Of a DNA stretch of 64,000 bases, positions 28,594-35,784 are shown in pieces. Below the pieces are notes generated by a model. It was not told the DNA's origin, ran no database searches, and was given only the letters and a program-made list of their open reading frames with translations. The stretch comes from a bacterium (GTDB lineage: Bacteria; Patescibacteriota; Minisyncoccia; Phycocordibacterales; Phycocordibacteraceae), in assembly GCA_021811365.1 (NCBI GenBank), contig JAJZPB010000002.1, forward strand, positions 8,162-72,161, given 5' to 3'. The position numbers and the translations under genes were made by a program. Position 1 is the first letter of the stretch. Every line of letters starts with the position of its first letter.

Positions 28594-29376
28594 TTGAGTG
28601 CAATGACCCTATTCTTGCCTGAATTCTCCATCCTTTTTCTCGCCTCGATTGTCGGCACGGCGGCCGTTGTTCCGTATAGCTTGCGGCTATTGAGATCGTC
28701 CGCGCAAAAGAAACCTTTGAAGATATCCGTTCCGATACTAACTCTTCTATCGGTGGTTCAGACTGCAGTTCTCTGTGGAATCGCGATTGCGGTAGGCTTG
28801 CTTGCATCTCACACAGTCGCACTTGGTGCTCCATACATTGAAGCAATACTCGCCAGCACACCCCTTCCTTCAGGTGTCGGTCTTGAGATCGCGGTTGCTT
28901 TCGGCGTTCTTGCTGGAGCAGTTCTTTTGATCGCAGATTTGTTCTTCCTGCCGTACTGGCCCCAACCGATTCTTGATGCGGCAAAAAGTACGACTATGCT
29001 GGAAAATTTCCTCGCAGCTTTCTATGGCGGTATCAACGAAGAGCTGTTGATGCGCCTGTTTGGGTTTTCTGTGCTCGTCTGGCTCCTGTCGTTTGTATGG
29101 CAGCCGAACCCGCTTATCTTTTGGAGCGTAAACGTCGTGATGGCGATTGTGTTCGGTATCGGCCATTTGCCTGCGCTGAAAGCACTGGTTGGTAACATAT
29201 CGGGGGTAATGCTTGCGCGAACACTGATCCTCAATGCTCCGGTCGGGCTTGTGTGCGGCTGGCTATTTTGGACATACGGCATAGAAGCTGCGATCATCGC
29301 GCACTTCTCGGCAGATATTGCGTATCACGTTTTTGGGACAGTAGTACTTCGGCGCAAGTTGGAGGTGGCAAATTAA
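28594..29376 (+). CDS. CPBP family intramembrane glutamic endopeptidase (CAAX protease / Abi domain)
   Basis: The three CPBP motifs are present: EELLMRLFG (EExxxR), FGIGHL (FxxxH), HFSADIAYH (HxxxN/D-like). Starts one nucleotide after the ICMT stop. Confidence 0.8.
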   Translation: MSAMTLFLPEFSILFLASIVGTAAVVPYSLRLLRSSAQKKPLKISVPILTLLSVVQTAVLCGIAIAVGLLASHTVALGAPYIEAILASTPLPSGVGLEIAVAFGVLAGAVLLIADLFFLPYWPQPILDAAKSTTMLENFLAAFYGGINEELLMRLFGFSVLVWLLSFVWQPNPLIFWSVNVVMAIVFGIGHLPALKALVGNISGVMLARTLILNAPVGLVCGWLFWTYGIEAAIIAHFSADIAYHVFGTVVLRRKLEVAN

Positions 29377-29384
29377 AACAGTCG

Positions 29385-29470
29385 AACCCCGACGAGATTC
29401 GAACCAAACACCGAAAATAAGGAAGCTATATTCTAAGCCATGGCGAAGGTACGACCCGAGAGCTTTCGTA
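29385..29470 (+). repeat. Conserved ~90-nt element (copy 2) immediately upstream of att-like copy c
   Basis: gagattcgaaccaaacaccgaaaataaggaagctatattctaagccatggcgaaggtacgacccgagagctttcgtatcc, closely matching 27675-27766. Confidence 0.55.
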
Positions 29471-29570
29471 TCCCTTCGCCTCCGCCAACACACTTTTTTA
29501 TCGGTGTCAACCCGAAGGCCCAAATCCACTACCCTCAGACTTTTTTATCGTGCAGACCCGGGAGCCTTAT
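29461..29570 (+). repeat. att-like repeat copy c (two tandem degenerate cores)
   Basis: cgccaacacacttttttatcggtgtcaacccgaaggcccaaatccactaccctcagacttttttatcgtgcagacccgggagcc. Closely matched by copy g at 51861-51960. Confidence 0.6.
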
Positions 29571-29636
29571 ACTGGAAAGCACCATGTTTTGTGCATGGTG
29601 CTTTCTGGGATAGCCGTGCTTCTCCAGGTACCTTTG

Positions 29637-29906
29637 TTACTTGCCCTTGTGCTGGATTTTGTCCGATTTCTCGCGGTTTTCCTCCCAATGCAGCGGCTGC
29701 AAATTTCGCGCATGGTCCGTTCCGCCATTGGCCACTGGATTTTTATGGTCGATTTCCCAACCATAATCACCACACGTGCCATATGAGCCAAAACGAATCG
29801 TGTTTCCGTATGTGTCTTTCCGCCACGTGTCAGGATCTTTGCCGCGTATCTCTCGGCCCTTCCCCCAGACCTCCTCGACTTGTTTTCTCGAAGCCATATG
29901 CCTCAA
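29637..29906 (-). CDS. HNH endonuclease
   Basis: GYGWEIDHKNPVANGGTDHARNLQPLHWEEN fits the HNH motif (His-metal finger, paired Asn). Confidence 0.75.
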   Translation of the reverse strand: MRHMASRKQVEEVWGKGREIRGKDPDTWRKDTYGNTIRFGSYGTCGDYGWEIDHKNPVANGGTDHARNLQPLHWEENREKSDKIQHKGK

Positions 29907-30029
29907 TGTCTTAATGCTGATAAACCTGATTCATCGACCACAAGGGGGACCCTTGACCGCCAGGTGGTATCTATAATATACTTCCCGCTATGGGAGTCAA
30001 CATGGAGGTACTAAGAGCGAACCACGGCT

Positions 30030-30317
30030 ATGCAATTAGTTGGAAAAGACACCTTGGATACCTTCAAAAATGAGCATCCCGATGCGCGCTCACAGGTCGA
30101 AGCGTGGGAAGCCGAAGTGGAGAACGCTAGTTGGGGAACACCGCACGACCTCAAACGGCGTTATCCGAAGGCAAGCCTTCCCGGTAAACAACAAGCCATA
30201 TTCGACATTTGCTGGAACAGGTATCGGTTGTGGGTCAAGGTCGCATACAACACCGGTATCGTGATAGTGAAGGCGATCGGTACACACCAAGAGTACGAAG
30301 AGTGGCCTATTGAATAG
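30030..30317 (+). CDS. higB: Type II toxin-antitoxin system HigB-family toxin (RelE-like mRNA interferase)
   Basis: 95 aa ending ...LWVKVAYNTGIVIVKAIGTHQEYEEWPIE, like the HigB C-terminus (THKEYD). The antitoxin gene starts 3 nt downstream. Confidence 0.75.
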   Translation: MQLVGKDTLDTFKNEHPDARSQVEAWEAEVENASWGTPHDLKRRYPKASLPGKQQAIFDICWNRYRLWVKVAYNTGIVIVKAIGTHQEYEEWPIE

Positions 30318-30320
30318 CAT

Positions 30321-31532
30321 ATGGACGATATAAAAATTATAAAAACCAAAGAAGACTACGAACGCGCGCTTCGACTCGTCGAGACGCTTGTCGATCGCGA
30401 CCCGGAATCCGGTTCCGCAGACGCAGATCGACTCACACTTCTCACGGCGCTCGTCAAGGAATACGAATCGAAGAGCTTTCCGGAGCATCTCCCCGACCCG
30501 ATTGAGGCAATCAAGTTCCGCATGGAGCAGGAAGATCTTAAGCCTGTGGATCTTGTGCCATATATCGGCAGTGCGGGAAGAGTCTCTGAAGTACTTTCTG
30601 GGAAACGTCAGCTCACGCTTGACATGGTGAGGGCGCTTTCTGCCGGTCTTGGCATTCCAGCGAAAGTTCTCATACAAAAACCGTCAAGAGATTTCGAATC
30701 ACAGAATTGGGATACTGCGCTCGTTAAGACGATGGAGCGGCGCGGCTACTTCGGCAAGAAGACAATGAAAGATCACACCAAATCCGAACTGATAAGCGGA
30801 TTCTTCGCAGCATTCGGTCACATGCAACCAGCCGTTTTATATCGGAAGACAAGCTTTCGGTCCGCGCCACGTACCGACAATAATGCCCTGCTCGCTTGGG
30901 GGAAGCGTGTGTTGCAGAAATCAGAGAAAATAAAAGTGCCAGCGAAATTCAAAGACGGCACGGTAACGCTCTCATTTATGTGCGCGGTACTGAATCTGAG
31001 TACCAGAGATAAAGGACCTGTGCTTGCACGAGATTACCTTAAAAAACACGGCATTAAATTAGTCATTGAGCCGCATCTCCCAAAAACACACCTCGATGGT
31101 GCCACGTTCTTCGCATTCAAGGCGAATCCCGTTATAGGACTCACTATCCGTCACGACCGACCTGATAACTTTTGGTTCACATTGATGCACGAGCTTGCAC
31201 ATGTTGCCCTCCATTACAACAACGGTGTTGAATCCTTCTATGACGAAAAATTGCAGGATAAGGACGGTATAGACATTGATCCCAAAGAGCAGGAGGCAGA
31301 CAAACTTGCAGAGGAATCTATTCTTCCGGAAAGCAAATGGGAGACGAGCGCGGCGAAGTCAACGCCGAACCAGTTCTCTACCGAAGACTTAGCTAACGAG
31401 CTCGGCGTACAGACCGCAGTCATAGCGGGAATGATTCGGTTCAAGCATCAGAACTTCTTCTACCTGAATAAAATCGTGAACGACGAGACTCTATCCGTTA
31501 AGAAGTATTTTGCCGAGGAATTTACCGACTAA
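30321..31532 (+). CDS. HigA-like HTH (XRE) antitoxin fused to ImmA/IrrE-family zinc metallopeptidase domain (COG2856-like)
   Basis: The N-terminal ~100 aa resemble HigA antitoxins (MDDIKIIKTKEDYERALRLVETL...). The C-terminal domain carries an HEXXH zinc site (LMHELAHVALH) in an ImmA/IrrE-type context. Confidence 0.8.
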   Translation: MDDIKIIKTKEDYERALRLVETLVDRDPESGSADADRLTLLTALVKEYESKSFPEHLPDPIEAIKFRMEQEDLKPVDLVPYIGSAGRVSEVLSGKRQLTLDMVRALSAGLGIPAKVLIQKPSRDFESQNWDTALVKTMERRGYFGKKTMKDHTKSELISGFFAAFGHMQPAVLYRKTSFRSAPRTDNNALLAWGKRVLQKSEKIKVPAKFKDGTVTLSFMCAVLNLSTRDKGPVLARDYLKKHGIKLVIEPHLPKTHLDGATFFAFKANPVIGLTIRHDRPDNFWFTLMHELAHVALHYNNGVESFYDEKLQDKDGIDIDPKEQEADKLAEESILPESKWETSAAKSTPNQFSTEDLANELGVQTAVIAGMIRFKHQNFFYLNKIVNDETLSVKKYFAEEFTD

Positions 31533-31535
31533 ACT

Positions 31536-32660
31536 ATGGCTACCATTAAACCCTACATCCCAATATTGCGATGGCGACCAGCTGAAATAAAGGCGCTGGA
31601 GAAGCTTTTCCCGCAAGACCGAGGGAATATCACGCCGTTAATAGAATTTGTGATGCCCGCTCCGTCAATCACTCGTAAAGGCGACAAAATCATCATTACA
31701 AAGACGCGTAAGGAGAAATTCTTGGAAGAGCTCCCGGATGTTGCCAAGAATTTGTTGAAGTCATGCGGTCAGATGCACATGCTTATCGACGTCCAGCAGC
31801 TCGACGCAGACATCAGGGCATCTTCGCTTGAGCAAATTCTCGCATCGTCGAAGGATTTGGATCTGTTTTCAATTCCTGTAACGTACATTATTCCTATGAT
31901 GGGCACGAGCGCCGATGCGGCTACCCGTGCTGCTGCCGTAAAATACGCCAAATCGAGCGGACATGGACTCTGCATACGTATCGATAAGTCACATCTCAAA
32001 GAGCCCAACCTGTCGTCTCAAATCGCTACCTTCGTCAAGGAGAACCAGCTCGATATAGGGAAAATAGATCTACTCATCGACCTGCGCGTCATTGATCAGG
32101 ATACGGCCGTCGCTGATGTTGTGAAGAAACTGAAGATCCTCCCGGACTTGCAAAAGTGGCGTTCATTCATCGTATCGGGAGGTGTGTTTCCTAAAGATTT
32201 GTCCGACTTTCTCCCGGGCGATGTACACCAGCTAGAGCGGTTTGATTGGAAACTGTGGAATAAGCTTCAAAAGACAGACTTACTTCGTAAGCCGTTGTTC
32301 TCCGACTACACCATTCAACATCCGTTCTATGAGTATGTAGCTGCCATTGGCAGTGCGAGCGTGCGATACACGGATGATGGTGAATGGTGGATTTTCCGGG
32401 GGACGAAGCCGGGTCATATCAACAGCAAGACTGGTAAAAAAGGGCCCGGGCGAGAGCAATACATCGGCCATGCACGCACGCTCATCAATCGAGTTTTCTA
32501 CAAAAAGTCTGGTTTTAGTTTTGGTGATGCAGAAATCACTCGAATTGCAGCAGCTGAAAATCAAAAGCCGGGGAGCCCGGCGACCTGGCTTACCATTGGT
32601 ATCAACCACCACATCACGCTAGCTGCACGTCAGACCGCCAGTCTTGCCGGGAAGATTTAA
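31536..32660 (+). CDS. Beta-protein-like (sce7725-like) protein, partner of the ImmA/HTH gene
   Basis: 374 aa beginning MATIKPYIPILRWRPAEIKALEKL. From recollection this matches the N-terminus of the 'beta protein'/sce7725 family that pairs with COG2856 ImmA genes. Family assignment is from memory, not a search. Confidence 0.5.
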   Translation: MATIKPYIPILRWRPAEIKALEKLFPQDRGNITPLIEFVMPAPSITRKGDKIIITKTRKEKFLEELPDVAKNLLKSCGQMHMLIDVQQLDADIRASSLEQILASSKDLDLFSIPVTYIIPMMGTSADAATRAAAVKYAKSSGHGLCIRIDKSHLKEPNLSSQIATFVKENQLDIGKIDLLIDLRVIDQDTAVADVVKKLKILPDLQKWRSFIVSGGVFPKDLSDFLPGDVHQLERFDWKLWNKLQKTDLLRKPLFSDYTIQHPFYEYVAAIGSASVRYTDDGEWWIFRGTKPGHINSKTGKKGPGREQYIGHARTLINRVFYKKSGFSFGDAEITRIAAAENQKPGSPATWLTIGINHHITLAARQTASLAGKI

Positions 32661-33228
32661 GAACATCCCACACGTACTCTTTAAGAGAGTCGATCTTCTG
32701 CGATTCAGCGAGCCGTTGATACACAGCCTCTCGTGGTTTTGTTCGAACACCATCGGCTTTGCCCAAATCCTCAAGCCTCTCGAGAGCCTCGTGCCTCCAT
32801 AGCAGTCGTGCAATCGAAATACTATCCTGCTCAAGATTATTTTGTGGACTCCTGATGTGGTTAAAAAAGACCGTACCATTCTCGTCCACGCGGGCCGTCT
32901 CGATACCCCACCAATCGGGCACCATTCTAAACGCATCCACGAAATGTTTGCTGCCCACTACAAGGGTTACCTGGTCGAATATGCTGTTGTAGGCATGCAT
33001 TTGCTCTGGCAAGCGGGTAAGCGTATCGCGATCACTCTTGATCTCGAAACCCCGCAGAGAACCGTTCACGACGGCGACGTCGATCCTAGCAGCTCCATGC
33101 CAGACTCCTAACTCAGGTATGACGCGGTAATTCGGATAGTCAACGACGAGCCGATTGACCAACGCTTCCCGAATGATTGTGTCGTTTGTTTGATTCATTT
33201 CTTGAAGATCAATACGACACGGGTCCAT
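32614..33228 (-). CDS. sce7726-like protein with PD-(D/E)xK nuclease-like motif
   Basis: VIPELGVWHGAARIDVAVVNGSLRGFEIKSDRD fits a D...E-x-K restriction-endonuclease-fold core. Convergent with the beta-like gene and overlapping it by about 47 nt. Confidence 0.5.
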   Translation of the reverse strand: MDPCRIDLQEMNQTNDTIIREALVNRLVVDYPNYRVIPELGVWHGAARIDVAVVNGSLRGFEIKSDRDTLTRLPEQMHAYNSIFDQVTLVVGSKHFVDAFRMVPDWWGIETARVDENGTVFFNHIRSPQNNLEQDSISIARLLWRHEALERLEDLGKADGVRTKPREAVYQRLAESQKIDSLKEYVWDVLKSSRQDWRSDVQLA

Positions 33229-33291
33229 GGATATATTTTACACGTAACATGCGCTGGCCGGATAGTCGCTCGCTGTGGATGCGACGCGCAT

Positions 33292-35772
33292 TCACATCTC
33301 CACGACTTTCATCGCTTCGTCGCCGTAGTGGTTGATGACCTTTACGGCGATCTTGCCTGTCTTAGGCTTCGGGAACGAACGTGATGTAGTCGAATGGAGT
33401 TCATCCCACACATCCTCCGGAATGTCCGCCTTCAGGGCCTTTTTGAGCTTCTCATACGGGTTGTCTGCCCCTAGGAAATACGCGTGAGTGACGAAAAATG
33501 CTTCGTCACTGTAGTTCGTGTCGATGAACCACGCGGCAATATCGTGCTCGAGCTCACCATCACCGGATGAGCGGATTTCGCTTTTCACGGGGTCATATAC
33601 GTCCATACCGACGATTTCGACGGTGACACCATCTTTCGATTCCTTCACATTTACCTGCGGCTCGCCAAAGGCAATGAATAGGTTGCCGGAGCCGGTCTTC
33701 TTGAGGAGATCGCCCATCGAGAGATCTGGGTTGATTTTCACCTTCATAAGGCGCAATCCCTCCTGTTGTTCGGATTCGGTAAACGCTGAGGCGTCAAAAG
33801 AAGTTGCTGCGACCACGAGCAAATCGGCAAAGTTCTTCGCTACGCGGATAGCGTCGCGGACGAAGTCATCGTCAACGCTACCGAATTCAGGACCGATGGC
33901 GACCGCGACCTTTTTAAGGCCCTCGACAGTCTTGTATTCGCCAACCGCTTGCACTTCGGGTCCACTCGGCAGGATCTCAAGATTCTCGAATTCGACACGG
34001 GCGCCTTTCTCACCGGTCTGCACCCCCGCAGACCTTAGGTTCTCAACAACTGTTTCGACGAATCGCTCCGACGCGATCATTTCCTGTGCATCGGATACAC
34101 GATGTGGCGCTAGCGACTCGACCGTAAAAGGACCGGAGACGCGTACGACATCCTTATTTTCTAGGGGCTGGTCATAAAGCACTTCCTCTTCGGGCTGCTC
34201 ATCATTCGCAAGCGACCTGAGTGTCACGTGCGGGACGGTCTTGTAGATGAATCCATCTGCCACGTTTGCTCTCTCGTCGCTCCCGTTTTCTTTGAGCTTA
34301 AAGTATGGGTATTGAGCTGTCATGAGCCGCGTGCGAGCAAGTGCGAGCGCAACGCGTGACGTGTCAGTTGTGATCCAGCGTCGGCCCCATTGCTCGGCAA
34401 CATATGCAGTCGTCCCTGACCCACATGTTGGGTCTAGGACGATATCTCCCGGATCGGTTGTCATTAAAATACATCGCCGAATAACCTCTGTGTTTGTTTG
34501 AACAACGTATTTTTTGTTGTCAGCACCAACGGTATCTCCCCAGGAGGCCAATAATTTGCTTACGGGGTAGTCTTCCTCGAAGTACCGGTAGGTTAGTCTG
34601 TTTCCTTCAACTTGAACCCTACCCTTCATTACAAGCCTCTCAAGGCCTTCTCTGGTGGTTCCGTAACCCGGCGGTCCCGGCGAATATTTCTTTCCTTCGA
34701 ATTCAAAATCGAATTGGCCGCTTGGGTTCGTGCCAGATGCGATGAGAGATTTCAGTAAATAAACCTGAGCGCCTTTTGGTAGCAGCTTGTGGTTATTTAG
34801 TTGCTCACGTGTCATTTGATGATGAGAACCATCTGGCATGCGATACCACTTGTAATGGAAATCACCCTCAGTGATTGTCTCAACAAAAAGACCACGGTAT
34901 TTAAGCGAGTCCTTGTCTTTCGCGTACCAAATTATGAAATCGTTCATTTGTTCCAAGAATTTTGCGCCGAGGGGCATTGTCTTTTTCCTGAATGGGATAA
35001 GCGCAATGAAATTCCCGCTTCCGAAGACCTCGTCCATGAGTACTCTAACCAGATGAACATTGGCATCATCAATCTGCACAAAGCACGAGCCGCTTTCTGT
35101 CAGAAGATCACGGGTGACAAGGAAGCGATCGCGCAAATACGAAAGGTAAGAATGGGTACCGAGCTCCCAAGTGTCGCGGAATGCCTTGATCTGTTCCGGC
35201 TGGCGGATCATGTCGTCGAGCTTGTTATCCTTCACGTCACGCTTGCGCGTTGAGACCTGCCAATTGCTACCGAATTTGATGCCGTATGGCGGATCGATGT
35301 AGACGGTTTGTACTTTCCCGCGCATACCCTCCTTCTCGAGAAGCGAATTCATGACGACGAGCGAGTCGCCCAGGATCATGCGGTTCTTCCAGTTATCTTC
35401 GTGCTTATAGAAATCGACCGCCTGATGCGCCTGGTCGGCCGCGAAGTCGCCAAAGAGCGAGATCATCGGCAATTCTTCATTAGCCCGCATCTTGAGCCGC
35501 GCGATGATGCCTTCCGGAGCGATATTTTCCTGTACGTAAATCGGTACAGTTGAGACGCTCATCTCAGCGCCCTCTTCCTCCTTACCAGCCCAGACGAGCT
35601 GCGGATCGAGCGACGGATCGTATGCGTATTTTTTCTTCACTTGCTGCTTTTCGCGCGGAGAAAGATCCCGCGATTCCTCCTGCGTCGGGATGCGTGTACG
35701 CGTCGTCTTGTGTTTGTAGCTTTTTACAGCTGCCGCCGTTGATAGTTCTGGTGTTTTCTTTCGTGATGCCAT
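33292..35772 (-). CDS. mod: Type III restriction-modification system methyltransferase (Mod), N6-adenine specific
   Basis: LVWAGKE N-terminal box, DPPYG (motif IV), and DPTCGSGTTAYVA (SAM-binding motif I) in the permuted order typical of type III Mod. Confidence 0.9.
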   Translation of the reverse strand: MASRKKTPELSTAAAVKSYKHKTTRTRIPTQEESRDLSPREKQQVKKKYAYDPSLDPQLVWAGKEEEGAEMSVSTVPIYVQENIAPEGIIARLKMRANEELPMISLFGDFAADQAHQAVDFYKHEDNWKNRMILGDSLVVMNSLLEKEGMRGKVQTVYIDPPYGIKFGSNWQVSTRKRDVKDNKLDDMIRQPEQIKAFRDTWELGTHSYLSYLRDRFLVTRDLLTESGSCFVQIDDANVHLVRVLMDEVFGSGNFIALIPFRKKTMPLGAKFLEQMNDFIIWYAKDKDSLKYRGLFVETITEGDFHYKWYRMPDGSHHQMTREQLNNHKLLPKGAQVYLLKSLIASGTNPSGQFDFEFEGKKYSPGPPGYGTTREGLERLVMKGRVQVEGNRLTYRYFEEDYPVSKLLASWGDTVGADNKKYVVQTNTEVIRRCILMTTDPGDIVLDPTCGSGTTAYVAEQWGRRWITTDTSRVALALARTRLMTAQYPYFKLKENGSDERANVADGFIYKTVPHVTLRSLANDEQPEEEVLYDQPLENKDVVRVSGPFTVESLAPHRVSDAQEMIASERFVETVVENLRSAGVQTGEKGARVEFENLEILPSGPEVQAVGEYKTVEGLKKVAVAIGPEFGSVDDDFVRDAIRVAKNFADLLVVAATSFDASAFTESEQQEGLRLMKVKINPDLSMGDLLKKTGSGNLFIAFGEPQVNVKESKDGVTVEIVGMDVYDPVKSEIRSSGDGELEHDIAAWFIDTNYSDEAFFVTHAYFLGADNPYEKLKKALKADIPEDVWDELHSTTSRSFPKPKTGKIAVKVINHYGDEAMKVVEM

Positions 35773-35784
35773 ATGCCTATTGTA

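Noticed and set aside
29504-29914. 136-aa plus-strand ORF overlapping the HNH gene
   Set aside because: Antisense to the HNH nuclease ORF, which has a clear catalytic motif. Pro/Arg/Cys-rich translation.
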